From assembly GCA_964639185.1 (NCBI GenBank), contig CAZXCN010000004.1:174-64173 (forward strand): DNA of 64,000 nt, written 5' to 3'. The notes under the pieces are model-generated. The model searched no databases. It was not told where the DNA came from and saw only the letters and a list, made by a program, of their open reading frames with translations. Of this stretch, positions 1-10,863 are shown piece by piece. Position numbers and translations under genes: made by a program. Source of the stretch: an uncultured Candidatus Saccharibacteria bacterium. Lineage in GTDB: Bacteria; Patescibacteriota; Minisyncoccia; Phycocordibacterales; UBA9973. How positions within the stretch are numbered: position 1 is the stretch's first letter; every line of letters starts with the position of its first letter.

Positions 1-479
1 CCTTTGTATTTAAATATATAAAATACCAAATAAAAAAACTTTTAGGAAAAGTTCCACTCAGTGAATTCGCACAAAAAATATATGGTTCATACCCCTTGTA
101 TAGATTTAAGACATTGGACTTTTTTGACCAAGTCATGTTTGATATGATACGAAATGGGGCTAGGATTTATCATTTATCAGAAAATGAAGTCGGTGGTTGT
201 GATAAATACGGCAAAAGAGACAATAAATTTACAAATATCAACAACTTCCCTACCCCTTATAAAATAGACTTTGGTAACAAGCTCGTACACTTTTCCTGCG
301 TAGGGTCAGGTATGAACTTTTACAATAATCGTGAAGCTGTAAAAAATGTCAGTGAATCTTATGTGCATTGCGCACTCGATAGATATGCTTTGTTTTGCAA
401 GATATTCTACAATAAGGATATCCCGGGTATACCACTGGATAAATATCAAGATATTATAAATATAAAAAATTGGTACTAA
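1..479 (+). CDS. 5'-truncated CDS of the glycosylation cluster, function unknown
   Basis: The frame of ORF 96..479 stays open back to base 3; it ends 1 nt before the next GT2 gene. Confidence 0.6.
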   Translation, partial: FVFKYIKYQIKKLLGKVPLSEFAQKIYGSYPLYRFKTLDFFDQVMFDMIRNGARIYHLSENEVGGCDKYGKRDNKFTNINNFPTPYKIDFGNKLVHFSCVGSGMNFYNNREAVKNVSESYVHCALDRYALFCKIFYNKDIPGIPLDKYQDIINIKNWY

Positions 480-480
480 T

Positions 481-1236
481 ATGATAGATGTAATAATCCC
501 AACATACAATAATGGTAAATACCTAAAAGAAGCTTTAGAGTCAGTAAGTAAACAAACTTTAGCTGTAAATAAAGTATTTGTTGTTGATGACGGATCAACA
601 GATAACACGGCCCAGGTTATTGCCTCTTGCAAAGAACTACTTAACATAGATATTGTATATATAAAACAAAACAATGCTGGCCCAAACAGTGCTCGTAATA
701 ATGGCCTTAGTCATTCAGAAGCAGATTATATAGCATTCTTGGACGCAGATGACGTATGGGTAAGTAATAAGCTAGCAAAACAAATGGCGGTATTTAATAA
801 TAGCCCATTTGATAACTTGGGGCTTGTATATGGTAGATATGACACTATTGATGAGAACGGTGGACCTAGTACAGAAAAAGTTTTAAATATTGATAACAAT
901 TACAGAGGGAACGCCTACTCAGCATTACTGAAAGCAAACAAAATACTAGGTAGTGCTAGTTGTGTTTTAATCAAAAAGGATGTGTTTGATCATGTGGGAA
1001 CTTTTGATGAAAGTTTACGCTATGCTGAAGACTGGGAAATGTGGCTCAGAATATCAAAGAAGTACAATATAGACTATGCAGATGAAGTACTAGTTCATAT
1101 ACGAAGACACCCTCTAAATAATAGCAAGAGCCGGACGAAGCAAATTGTAGGGCTTTTTAAATTTTATAAAAAATTATTATACCAGACAAAGAATCCTATA
1201 CTAGTAAGCAGTTTAATAATAAAAAGATTTTTTTAA
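481..1236 (+). CDS. Glycosyltransferase family 2
   Basis: VIIPTYN, VVDDGSTD, ARNNG, FLDADD and EDWEMW motifs. Confidence 0.93.
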   Translation: MIDVIIPTYNNGKYLKEALESVSKQTLAVNKVFVVDDGSTDNTAQVIASCKELLNIDIVYIKQNNAGPNSARNNGLSHSEADYIAFLDADDVWVSNKLAKQMAVFNNSPFDNLGLVYGRYDTIDENGGPSTEKVLNIDNNYRGNAYSALLKANKILGSASCVLIKKDVFDHVGTFDESLRYAEDWEMWLRISKKYNIDYADEVLVHIRRHPLNNSKSRTKQIVGLFKFYKKLLYQTKNPILVSSLIIKRFF

Positions 1237-1242
1237 TTATTT

Positions 1243-2166
1243 ATGACGAAAGAAAAAGTAAGTATAATAATGCCAGTTTATAATGCGAGTTTGTATTTAG
1301 ATGAAACTATACAAAGTATACTGAATCAAACATATACAAATTTTGAATTGATAATCATCAACGATAGCTCTACAGATAATTCGGTGGATATTATAAATAC
1401 TTGGATTAAAAAAGATAAAAGAATTACACTGATCAATAATAAATATAATAAAGGTATCCATGGAGCATCAAACACTGGTCTAGATATAGCTCAGGGTGCG
1501 TACATAGCCAAAGCAGATTCAGATGATATTCAAAGGCCATATAGGCTTGAAACTCAAGTTAATTTCTTAACAAAGAATAAGAACATAGGCATAGTGGGGG
1601 GAGGTTACGAACTTTTTGGCAATAATTATGATGGTATCAAAATATTTCACCCAAGTAATAGCTTGCGCCTAGCTTGGAGGTTTATTAGTGACATATATTT
1701 CTGTAACCCGAGTGTCATGTTTAGGAAAGAAATATTAAATACTGTCCCCCACTACCCAGAAGTGCCTTGTGAAGATTTTGCTTTCTTGGCAAAAGCTATT
1801 AAAAAACATGCTGGCTTCAATATACACAAAATACTTTTAGATTATAGACAGCATGGATCGAATTATTCAAACACAGCAAAAGAAAACATAGATAAAAGTG
1901 TTTATACTATATTCGAAGATAATTACAAATACTATACGGGCTCACTTAATGATTCCGAAATGTTTTATAAATTCCACTCAAAAAAAGAATTGGAATTGCG
2001 AAATGTTTATAAGATTGCAACTATTAGTTTAAAAATAATAAAAAAGCTAGTAAACCAATACCCATCGGGTAATACAATTACAAAATATATCTACCTATTG
2101 AGTCTTGTTAAGATAGAAATAATTAAAACATTAGCACGTACATATATAAAGAAAATTATAAATTAA
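1243..2166 (+). CDS. Glycosyltransferase family 2
   Basis: VSIIMPVYN, IINDSSTD, ADSDD and EDF motifs. Confidence 0.92.
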   Translation: MTKEKVSIIMPVYNASLYLDETIQSILNQTYTNFELIIINDSSTDNSVDIINTWIKKDKRITLINNKYNKGIHGASNTGLDIAQGAYIAKADSDDIQRPYRLETQVNFLTKNKNIGIVGGGYELFGNNYDGIKIFHPSNSLRLAWRFISDIYFCNPSVMFRKEILNTVPHYPEVPCEDFAFLAKAIKKHAGFNIHKILLDYRQHGSNYSNTAKENIDKSVYTIFEDNYKYYTGSLNDSEMFYKFHSKKELELRNVYKIATISLKIIKKLVNQYPSGNTITKYIYLLSLVKIEIIKTLARTYIKKIIN

Positions 2167-2990
2167 TGTTCTTTATAGAATTTTATAATCTTGTTTAATG
2201 AAAATTTAATTGGAAGCTTTAAGAATATCCCATAAACTATATATCGAGCATATGCTCGAAGAAGTGCGCCATAGTACCCCTTGTAAGACTTCTTGTACTT
2301 CTTCAAATGGCCTATGATTTTATGAAAGATCTCTACCCTGTTTACTGCACTTAGACTACTATTGCGCATAGTGTACCTAACACTATAAGTAGGTAGATTA
2401 GCGAGCTTGCCTATTGTGCCCAGCTTCAACCATAGATCATAGTCTTCGAAATGCTTCTCGGCAATATTCTCGCTATACCCACCAAACTGCATAACTGAAA
2501 CTTTGCGGAACATTACACTGGAATGCACAAAACAATTCTTGCCCAATAAACGCTTTTGTATAGCTTCGTTTGTAGTTGGTACTAAATACTTAAAAAGTTC
2601 ATTATTATCCTCATCGACAATTATAACCCCTGTGCCTACTAAAACATGATCGGTATTGGTATCCAAGAATTCAACTTGCTTCTGTAATTTATCAGGGTCA
2701 AACCACATATCATCGTCATCAATACGGGCAATATATTCACCTTTGGCCACGTTTAGGCCATTATTCAATGTCTTCTGGATACCTGAATTTACATCGTTCT
2801 TTATATACCTGATCCTACTGTCATTTTGGGCCATATTAGCCACAATAAAGGCTATATTGTCGGTAGAACCATCATCTACCACGATAAGCTCCCAATCCTT
2901 GTAGGATTGGCTTATAACGCTTTCTATGGACCTATTTATCCATTGTGCGCCGTTATATGTGGGTAATATTATAGATACTAATTTATTCAT
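2163..2990 (-). CDS. Glycosyltransferase family 2
   Basis: VSIILPTYN, VVDDGSTD, RIDDDD and EDYDLW motifs. Confidence 0.93.
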   Translation of the reverse strand: MNKLVSIILPTYNGAQWINRSIESVISQSYKDWELIVVDDGSTDNIAFIVANMAQNDSRIRYIKNDVNSGIQKTLNNGLNVAKGEYIARIDDDDMWFDPDKLQKQVEFLDTNTDHVLVGTGVIIVDEDNNELFKYLVPTTNEAIQKRLLGKNCFVHSSVMFRKVSVMQFGGYSENIAEKHFEDYDLWLKLGTIGKLANLPTYSVRYTMRNSSLSAVNRVEIFHKIIGHLKKYKKSYKGYYGALLRAYARYIVYGIFLKLPIKFSLNKIIKFYKEH

Positions 2991-2991
2991 A

Positions 2992-3882
2992 TTATATAGT
3001 TATCCAGTCTTCTAATATTAGGTCACCCATATCGGTATTAGGGTCTTTTGTCCATATCTTTGGGGCCACCACCTTCTTGTTTTTGTTTTCCGAAAGCCAA
3101 ACTCCCCACCAAGAGAAAGTACTATTGGGTATAATAAAATTCTTGCCTGCGCTCATAAGATACATATGACCCTCACCCCTTTCTCCACAATACTCTTCAG
3201 TAACAAAAAATGTTGGATAGTTGAAATTCATATTATCCTTGCACCATTGTATATCGTCAGAAAATATAAAAATTTTTCCTATATTCACTTGCTTCTCTAA
3301 TATAGATATGGCCTTATTATAATAATCCGGTGGTAATACATCGTGATCACGGTTCCCCACAAAGTCGCCTCGTCGAACATGTATACACAAAGATTCGTGA
3401 CTCATAATATCCTGATACAATTCTTGTATAGCAGGTGCGGGCTGATTACGCAAAGTAAAGTCTTGTCTAATTATATCTTCATACCCAATAAAATATTTTG
3501 GTGACTGAAAAAAACCATCTATATAAGAGTTCTTATCCAATGACAACATGTAGGGGTTAAATCTTTGAGTGTATAGTTCCTGAGCTTTGTGTTTGAACAC
3601 ACGACGCCGAACAGCATCTATCAGTACCATTAATTTACCCTTGCCGTACATTCTATACAAAAGTGGTATTTCAGATTTCTTTGCAATACGACCCTTTATA
3701 TTGAAAACTTCCAAGTCATAATCACGAATAGCAAAATTACTTTTAAACATTCGTGGACTCTTGTCTTCGTATGCTTCGATGTTGAATGCAAGCTCCGTAT
3801 TGTTCTTTATAGATAAAATGCGCCCCAATGCGTATTGGAACATCTGATTACCTAAACCACCTTTTAACCTAACTACTATCAT
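2992..3882 (-). CDS. Alpha-1,2-fucosyltransferase (GT11)
   Basis: [18 protein letters not shown] and NSTFSWW GT11 motifs; adjacent to GDP-fucose genes. Confidence 0.93.
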   Translation of the reverse strand: MIVVRLKGGLGNQMFQYALGRILSIKNNTELAFNIEAYEDKSPRMFKSNFAIRDYDLEVFNIKGRIAKKSEIPLLYRMYGKGKLMVLIDAVRRRVFKHKAQELYTQRFNPYMLSLDKNSYIDGFFQSPKYFIGYEDIIRQDFTLRNQPAPAIQELYQDIMSHESLCIHVRRGDFVGNRDHDVLPPDYYNKAISILEKQVNIGKIFIFSDDIQWCKDNMNFNYPTFFVTEEYCGERGEGHMYLMSAGKNFIIPNSTFSWWGVWLSENKNKKVVAPKIWTKDPNTDMGDLILEDWITI

Positions 3883-4817
3883 TGCCTTAGCCCTTGGTTA
3901 TCTTTATACCATTGATATGTTAGTTGTATTCCTTTCTCAAGCGAGATTGTATGATTGAACCCCAAATCGTGCAACTTAGATACATCCATAACCTTCCTTG
4001 GAGTACCGTCGGGTTTAGATGAATCCCACACAATATCACCTGCATACCCCACAATCTTTTTTACCATTTCTGTTAATTCCCGGATAGTTACATCCTCGCC
4101 TGTACCAATATTAATAATTTCTGGATCATTATAATTATTCATTAGAAATATACATGCAGATGCCAAGTCATCTACATGAAGGAACTCGCGCATAGGGGTG
4201 CCTGTTCCCCATGCTACAACTTCTTTGGTATTATTTATTTTTGCTTCATGGAATTTACGAATAAGCGCAGGCATCACATGCGATGTTTCTAAATTAAAAT
4301 TATCATTTTCACCATACAAATTGGCTGGCATAACACTTATAGTAGACATGCCATACTGTTTAGTGTAAGACTGACACATTATAATACCTGCTATCTTTGC
4401 TATTGCGTACGGCCTACTTGTGGGCTCAAGTTCGCTTGTTAATAAACACTCTTCTTTCATTGGTTGCGGTGCAAGCTTTGGATAAATACAAGAACTGCCA
4501 AGAAACAATAACTTCTTCACATTATTTTTATAGGACTGATCTATAACATTAGTTTGTATTTGTAAGTTTTGTCTTATAAAGTCAGCGGGTTGTGTATTGT
4601 TGGCATTGATTCCACCAACCTTTGCCGCAGCTAGAAATACATATTCAGGCTTTTCAGAAATAAAAAAGTTTTTAACAGCGTCTTCGGAAGTTAAGTCCAG
4701 CTCGGCATGTGTCCTGACTACTATGTTTGTATAACCTGCGGTTTGCAAACCACGCATTATTGCAGAACCTGCAAGCCCCCTGTGCCCTGCTACATATATC
4801 TTTGAATCCTTGTTCAT
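3879..4817 (-). CDS. fcl: GDP-L-fucose synthase
   Basis: [33 protein letters not shown] and KPDGTPRK motifs. Confidence 0.96.
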   Translation of the reverse strand: MNKDSKIYVAGHRGLAGSAIMRGLQTAGYTNIVVRTHAELDLTSEDAVKNFFISEKPEYVFLAAAKVGGINANNTQPADFIRQNLQIQTNVIDQSYKNNVKKLLFLGSSCIYPKLAPQPMKEECLLTSELEPTSRPYAIAKIAGIIMCQSYTKQYGMSTISVMPANLYGENDNFNLETSHVMPALIRKFHEAKINNTKEVVAWGTGTPMREFLHVDDLASACIFLMNNYNDPEIINIGTGEDVTIRELTEMVKKIVGYAGDIVWDSSKPDGTPRKVMDVSKLHDLGFNHTISLEKGIQLTYQWYKDNQGLRQ

Positions 4818-4818
4818 A

Positions 4819-5880
4819 TTATTTTATATAATCGCTACTTTTAAAACCACGTTCTTCGAACTCTTCCTTCATCATTAGGTCAACGAGGTCTTTGAATTTT
4901 ACCTTTGTATTCCAGTTCAATTTATTTTTAGCTTTACTTGGGTCACCCAATAACAAGTCAACTTCGCTTGGTCTGTAATACTGCTCGTCGATATTTATAA
5001 TATCTTTACCTGTTGCCTCGTCTGTACCCACTTCAGCAAGCCCAAATCCACTCCAGTTTATCTTGTACCCAATAAGTGATGAAGCATACTCGACGAATTC
5101 GCGTACAGAGTGTGTCTCGCCTGTGGCTATTACATAGTCATCCGGAGTATCCTGCTGAAGCATGAGCCACATCGCCTCTACATAATCATGGGCATAACCC
5201 CAGTCGCGCTTTGCATCGAGATTACCTAGAAATATCTTATCCTTCTTGCCGAGCTTTATATCGACTAAGCCCTCTACTATCTTCTTTGTAACAAATGTCC
5301 TACCACGGCGAGGTGACTCGTGGTTGAAAAGTATGCCGTTGCAGACAAACATATCATATGATTCGCGGTAGTTTACACAAATATGATGCGAGAAGACTTT
5401 CGCACATCCGTAGGGACTTGCTGGGTTAAAAGGAGTTGTTTCTTTCTGGGGAGTTTCCAGGACTTTGCCAAACATCTCAGAAGACCCTGCTTGGTAAAAG
5501 CGTATTGGCAAGCCACTTTCCTTCACTGCATCAAGCAACCGCAAGGTTCCCAGTGCATCTATATCGGCTGTGTATTCGGGTATATCAAAGCTGACACGCA
5601 CATGACTCTGCGCACCCAGATTGTAGACTTCATCGGGCTGAGCCTTCTTTATTATATTGTGTAGACTATATGAATCAGAAAGATCACCATAGTGGAGTAT
5701 TAGATTGCGATTGTCTACATGTGGATCCTGATATATTTTATCTAAACGTGCTGTATTAAAGCTCGATGAGCGCCTGATAACCCCGTGGACTTCATAACCT
5801 TTTGCAAGCAAAAACTCGGCTAGATATGATCCATCCTGCCCTGTGATACCTATTATTAGTGCTTTCTTTTTATTTTCCAT
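4819..5880 (-). CDS. gmd: GDP-mannose 4,6-dehydratase
   Basis: [30 protein letters not shown] and RDWGYA motifs. Confidence 0.97.
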   Translation of the reverse strand: MENKKKALIIGITGQDGSYLAEFLLAKGYEVHGVIRRSSSFNTARLDKIYQDPHVDNRNLILHYGDLSDSYSLHNIIKKAQPDEVYNLGAQSHVRVSFDIPEYTADIDALGTLRLLDAVKESGLPIRFYQAGSSEMFGKVLETPQKETTPFNPASPYGCAKVFSHHICVNYRESYDMFVCNGILFNHESPRRGRTFVTKKIVEGLVDIKLGKKDKIFLGNLDAKRDWGYAHDYVEAMWLMLQQDTPDDYVIATGETHSVREFVEYASSLIGYKINWSGFGLAEVGTDEATGKDIINIDEQYYRPSEVDLLLGDPSKAKNKLNWNTKVKFKDLVDLMMKEEFEERGFKSSDYIK

Positions 5881-5883
5881 ATA

Positions 5884-6789
5884 TTATGTAATGTTATTAT
5901 ATATTTTCAATTCTTTTAAACCTTGTTCAATATTTATCTTTGGCTCCCAATTCAATAAATCTTTTGCTTTATTTATGTCAGCCTTCGTAACACGAGGCTC
6001 TACCCGTGGAGCGATATATTCTACCTTGCCACCGATAAGATCTGCGATTTTATTTATAGAATAAGTTTCATTGGTGCCAATATTTATCACTTCACCGTGG
6101 CCAACATTGCTACTCTCCATAGCCAATATGTTGGCACTAACCACATCGTGGACATTTATAAAGCTTCGGATCTGCTCACCGTCGCCTGTGATAGTCAGTG
6201 TCTGGCCCTTTTTATACATACCAATAAACTTGGCAATAACACTAGGGTATGCCCCACCCACACTTTGCCTTGGTCCATATACATTGAAATATCTCAAGGA
6301 AACAGTCTCTAGATTGTACACTTTTGAATACAAAGTGCAATAAACCTCACCCATGTATTTATGAGCCCCATATGGTGAAAGTGGAGAAGCTGTCATGGAC
6401 TCTACATAAGGCACCACCTCCTGATCACCATAGGCTGCAGATGAGGCAGCGAACATTAATCTGCGTACCTTGGCAAGTCGTGATGCTTCTAATACATTTA
6501 GTAGTCCTGTAACATTTATATCATGAGTTTCGATCGGATTCTCCAAAGAATATTGGACTTGTGGCATTGCCGCTTCGTGGAATACATAGGTGGCACCATT
6601 AAATATATCTTTGATATCTTGGAAGTTGCGTATATCCGCCTTGTGGAAAGTCGCCTTTGGGTTGATATTGTTCATGTCACCATATGACATATTGTCTATG
6701 ATGTGCACATCATACCCAAGCTCTACAAGGGCGTCCACAATATGTGACCCTATAAACCCTGCTCCTCCTGTAACGATTGTTTTAGTCAT
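5884..6789 (-). CDS. NAD-dependent nucleotide-sugar epimerase/dehydratase
   Basis: TGGAGFIGSH, YGAHK (YxxxK) and LRYFNVYGPRQ motifs. Confidence 0.92.
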   Translation of the reverse strand: MTKTIVTGGAGFIGSHIVDALVELGYDVHIIDNMSYGDMNNINPKATFHKADIRNFQDIKDIFNGATYVFHEAAMPQVQYSLENPIETHDINVTGLLNVLEASRLAKVRRLMFAASSAAYGDQEVVPYVESMTASPLSPYGAHKYMGEVYCTLYSKVYNLETVSLRYFNVYGPRQSVGGAYPSVIAKFIGMYKKGQTLTITGDGEQIRSFINVHDVVSANILAMESSNVGHGEVINIGTNETYSINKIADLIGGKVEYIAPRVEPRVTKADINKAKDLLNWEPKINIEQGLKELKIYNNIT

Positions 6790-6790
6790 A

Positions 6791-8794
6791 TTAATTGTAT
6801 TTAAAATCTATTATATTCTTCTGGGCTTTGCCTGCAATCTCGTTGAATAATTTCTGATTACCTAATGCTTGAGCATACTTCATAAATAATGTATATGACC
6901 CTGGTAAATGAGGCGCAACTTCGATAGCCTTCCTATACGCCTCCTCGGTACCAATAAAGTCCCCAGACCAGACTTTAGCCTGAGCTATCCCCCAATACAC
7001 ATTTGGATTATTAGGTGCTAACTTCTGAGCTTTATCCAGAGTATCGAGCAATTTGGCTTTCAACTCTGGTGTATATGGTCTTTCAGTAAAGTAAGTCAGT
7101 GTGTTCTGTAAATATATCATTGTTATGTATAACCTATAATCTGTTTTGTTCTCTTCGGAAACCTTATCGAGATAGCTCAACAAAGCAGTAACATCATTAA
7201 TGGCATAAGGTAGAATTTGTTTATTACTTTTTATTGCTTGAGCATTGGATAAATAGTTACGATACGAATCATAAGACAAGCTACTTGCATCCCATTGTTC
7301 CCCAACACGTGGAGAACCTAAAAGCTTTGTATAGCTTTCTGATCTAGTATTTATCGGCATAGAAAATACATCGGAGAAAACACGCGCCTTACGAGCAGGT
7401 ATTATACTGAAATATATCCATACCGGAAAGAAAAATATGATTAATAAAGTTAATAAAAGATACTTATTAGAATGTTTTAACTTATCATGATCAGCTTTGC
7501 CAACAGAAAGTATAATCCCGGCAAATATAAATAGTGCCAAATATGACAAAGTGGAATCAAAAGTAAATAAATTGTTTATTATATAAGCAAAGACTAATCC
7601 TATTAGTACAGAAGCCTGTATACGATTGAACTTTTTATCTATATAAGACATATATATACCGTACAGAAGTGCCAAGATAAACAAACCGTACAACACAACA
7701 GCTGGGTAACCACCAGAAACACCTGTGTCATAATACATATTGTGCGCCTTATCCGCCCACCCTTCCATACTATTTTGGGTTAATAAAACATCTGGATTAA
7801 AATGCTTTTGAAAAGCTATTGAGTAGTTCTCAGGCCCATACCCTACCAAAGGGTGCTCATGCATAGCCTTTTGTGCTGTATCCCAGAATATAAAACGGCT
7901 TCCACGAGCTTCTTGAGCAAACTTATTGTGTAGACTTGTCCCAGGTGTGACCAATTGCATCCAAGCAACAACAAACACTACAAGGCCAATAAATACAAAA
8001 GATAGACTTAGATACTTATATTGCTTTTTGTTGGAAAGAAACATGTATCCCAAAAAGGCAACAATAGCACCTGACACAACAGCAAGTATAGTACCACGAG
8101 CACTACCTAGCAAACCATGCCCATTAAACAAACCATATATATTCAAAAACAAAGGTGACAACACAATAATAATTATAGTGATCCAGGAAAAATATTTTAT
8201 AAATTTATTATTTTTAATAAAAATAATAAATAAAGCCGCCGCTATAGAAAACAACAAGAATGTGGCTGTGAGGGTCGAGTTCCCTGCCAATCCACCACCG
8301 TTGTCATTTATAACAGAACTTAGTGAGGTTCTGAACCCATCTGTACCTAACCAGACACTTACAGCTAACACAAAAGAACTTGCCACAAGCCATTTGAAAA
8401 GATTGTTAATATAAACTAATCCATACTTGGCCGTAATAGATGCGACAACAACAGCTAGGGCGAGGCAGTGATATAAAGTGAGTAGACCAGTTCCACGACC
8501 TAATGCGCCCCAGAAAGACAAGCTAGGGTTATAGGCAGTTAGGCTCGACAATGTTAACCATGCGACAAAACCAAAAAGTGGAATAAAGTATATTAAAGTC
8601 TTCTTTGATAGCCTATATTTTGAATCAGTGCAGGCAGTATAAACCCAAACAAAAAATAATATCTCTATGAGACCATACATAAAGAAAGTCTTCGAAGTTA
8701 TATAAGCATAGAGTCTATTTTGCCAATAAAGAAGTGGTGTGAGGAAAACGAGGGCAAAAGACGCATATTGTAGTATTTTATCCTTTATATTCAT
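6791..8794 (-). CDS. O-antigen ligase / O-oligosaccharyltransferase (Wzy_C) membrane protein with a C-terminal TPR-like region
   Basis: Many TM segments; SARG, R..IW, PLVGYGPENY and DKAHNMY motifs; start moved to ATG 8794, 6 nt after TATAAT (8801-8806). Confidence 0.85.
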   Translation of the reverse strand: MNIKDKILQYASFALVFLTPLLYWQNRLYAYITSKTFFMYGLIEILFFVWVYTACTDSKYRLSKKTLIYFIPLFGFVAWLTLSSLTAYNPSLSFWGALGRGTGLLTLYHCLALAVVVASITAKYGLVYINNLFKWLVASSFVLAVSVWLGTDGFRTSLSSVINDNGGGLAGNSTLTATFLLFSIAAALFIIFIKNNKFIKYFSWITIIIIVLSPLFLNIYGLFNGHGLLGSARGTILAVVSGAIVAFLGYMFLSNKKQYKYLSLSFVFIGLVVFVVAWMQLVTPGTSLHNKFAQEARGSRFIFWDTAQKAMHEHPLVGYGPENYSIAFQKHFNPDVLLTQNSMEGWADKAHNMYYDTGVSGGYPAVVLYGLFILALLYGIYMSYIDKKFNRIQASVLIGLVFAYIINNLFTFDSTLSYLALFIFAGIILSVGKADHDKLKHSNKYLLLTLLIIFFFPVWIYFSIIPARKARVFSDVFSMPINTRSESYTKLLGSPRVGEQWDASSLSYDSYRNYLSNAQAIKSNKQILPYAINDVTALLSYLDKVSEENKTDYRLYITMIYLQNTLTYFTERPYTPELKAKLLDTLDKAQKLAPNNPNVYWGIAQAKVWSGDFIGTEEAYRKAIEVAPHLPGSYTLFMKYAQALGNQKLFNEIAGKAQKNIIDFKYN

Positions 8795-8815
8795 AGATAT
8801 ATTATACCAGAAAAA

Positions 8816-8849
8816 CCAAAAAGCCACCCATAAGGGTGGCTTTTTGGTT
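8816..8849. terminator. Intrinsic terminator after the S-layer-like gene
   Basis: ACCAAAAAGCCACCC-ataa-GGGTGGCTTTTTGGT hairpin. Confidence 0.85.
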
Positions 8850-8892
8850 AACTTAACTTTTTACAAAGCTCAAGCTTCTTTAACTAATATTA

Positions 8893-10863
8893 TTAGTTAT
8901 CGATACGCTCGTAACCTGTTCTGAAGTCAGTTTGTGGTAGAAGATTACTGATTGCATTACCAGCACTCAAAGCAGCATTTGTCCAAGTCTGGATTTGATC
9001 CAAACGAACACGGTATGAAGCACCGTATACTGCTGGGTTTGTAGCATTAACAGTCAAAGTAAAGTTCTTTGTTGTACCATCATCTAGACGGAACCCGTTT
9101 GTCTCGATAGTAGCATTTGATGTACTAAGAGCAAGAGAGTTTGTAAATGATGTGTAAACAGCTGTAGTTGGAGCTGAAGAGTTTTCAAACACTACGTTGA
9201 ATGCATTTGTAGATGTCATTGAAGAGTTTGAAACCTGTGCAGACTGACCCAAGTATAGTGTGTTACCAAATGCAGTAACTGCAACTGGGATAGTATAAGT
9301 AACTGAAGTTACGTTACCGTTTGTGTCAGTTGTACGTGTTGTAGATGGAGTACCCATTACAACGTTAGCACCTGTTGAGCGGAAAGTAATAGCGTTACCT
9401 GTAGCAGAACCAGAACGGTCACCTGCAACAACTTGGTCATTGTTTGTATCTTCGATATCAAGAGCACCAGCTGCACTACCTGTTGTAGTTACTAGACCTG
9501 ATGTGATTGAAGCTGTAAGAGTGTCTCCTTCAGCAAAACCAGTGTCGATATCATTGATATCAGCATAGATTGTACCTGTTAAAGTAGAACCATCTGAGAT
9601 TTCAAGATTCAAGTCATTGAAACTAACTGTAGCTGTAGCTGTGTTAGATGTTGAAACTGATTCGTTGAATGTCTCACCATTTATCTTCAAAGTTACATTT
9701 GAAGTCATTTGATCTAGGTCAGAAGCTGATGTACCTGTACCTGTGAACAATACTGGGATTTGATCAACATACATCTTTGAACCTTGAGCCTTGATTGTAA
9801 ATTTCAAAAGCTCAACTTGATTTGTATCGTTTGTTGTAGAAACTTTTACTGTCTTTGAAGTAACTGTATCAGAAGCTAGGTTAACCTTTGCTTCAACATC
9901 ATTTGTACTTGAAAGAGTATCAAATATTGCTGTGTTTGAGATAGAACCTGTTGAATCTGTAAGAACTGCACCTGCAGCATCTTGGTAACGTGTACTTGAA
10001 AGAGTAACTGTCCAAATGTTGTTTGATGAACCAGTGTTACCAGAATCGATATCACCTACTGCATCAACAGCAACATAGAATTTACCAACTTTGTCAGCCT
10101 TTACTATTGCATTAGCTAAAGAAATTGACTTTGAGTAAGTACCTGAAGTTTCTGAGAAGTCATCAGTTGAAGCTGAGCCTACCTTTACATCGTTGTACCA
10201 GATTGATACAGACTCTGCATAACGGTCTAGCTTACTTGAACCTGAACCACTATTTACAAATGAAACTTTCATTAATGTAACAGCTAGGTCTGAGTTATTG
10301 TCAGCCTCTACTTCAATACCAAGAACCTTTGCATTTGTATCACCTTCACCAATCTTTGTGTTTGATGTAGGAGTTGAAAGCTTAGTAATATCTGCACTAC
10401 CTGCACCACCTGAAAGACTACCTGTTGTAGTAGTAGTTGTTGTAGTAGTTGTTGTAGTTGTTGTATTAGCCTTTGCCATTGACATTGCGCCAAAAGCACC
10501 ATCAGCTGTTAAACCGTTTGCTGACTGCCAAGCCATAACCTTTGCCTTTGTCATTGGACCAAATTTTCCATCAGCTGTTATGCCTAGGAATTTTTGAAGA
10601 TCCATAACTGCAGCACCTGTACTACCTAACTTTAGAGTTGTTGAACCGAAGTTGTAAGTTGTACCTGTTGTTGTTGAACCTGTTGTACTTGAACCACCTA
10701 CATTTGCCATGATCCACTGTGCAGTGAAGCCTTTTGCAATGTACGCATCAAGTTCTGCCATTGTAAGAGCACTAGCTGTGTTAACAGCAACTGCACCAAA
10801 CAAAGCAAGAGCAACAACAAATCCACCGATTTTTGCACTCTTTGATTGTATAAATTTTAACAT
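8893..10863 (-). CDS. Secreted Ser/Thr-rich S-layer-like surface protein with a peptidoglycan-binding domain
   Basis: Signal peptide ending ASA; LKLGSTG..V.DLQKFLGITADGKFGPMT PG-binding motif; poly-Thr linker; beta-rich body; strongly biased codon use. Confidence 0.75.
   Translation of the reverse strand: MLKFIQSKSAKIGGFVVALALFGAVAVNTASALTMAELDAYIAKGFTAQWIMANVGGSSTTGSTTTGTTYNFGSTTLKLGSTGAAVMDLQKFLGITADGKFGPMTKAKVMAWQSANGLTADGAFGAMSMAKANTTTTTTTTTTTTTTGSLSGGAGSADITKLSTPTSNTKIGEGDTNAKVLGIEVEADNNSDLAVTLMKVSFVNSGSGSSKLDRYAESVSIWYNDVKVGSASTDDFSETSGTYSKSISLANAIVKADKVGKFYVAVDAVGDIDSGNTGSSNNIWTVTLSSTRYQDAAGAVLTDSTGSISNTAIFDTLSSTNDVEAKVNLASDTVTSKTVKVSTTNDTNQVELLKFTIKAQGSKMYVDQIPVLFTGTGTSASDLDQMTSNVTLKINGETFNESVSTSNTATATVSFNDLNLEISDGSTLTGTIYADINDIDTGFAEGDTLTASITSGLVTTTGSAAGALDIEDTNNDQVVAGDRSGSATGNAITFRSTGANVVMGTPSTTRTTDTNGNVTSVTYTIPVAVTAFGNTLYLGQSAQVSNSSMTSTNAFNVVFENSSAPTTAVYTSFTNSLALSTSNATIETNGFRLDDGTTKNFTLTVNATNPAVYGASYRVRLDQIQTWTNAALSAGNAISNLLPQTDFRTGYERIDN

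Noticed and set aside
10423-10466. GTT/GTA trinucleotide run as a CRISPR or phase-variable tract
   Set aside because: Mixed ACA/ACT codons of an in-frame poly-Thr linker; no spacers
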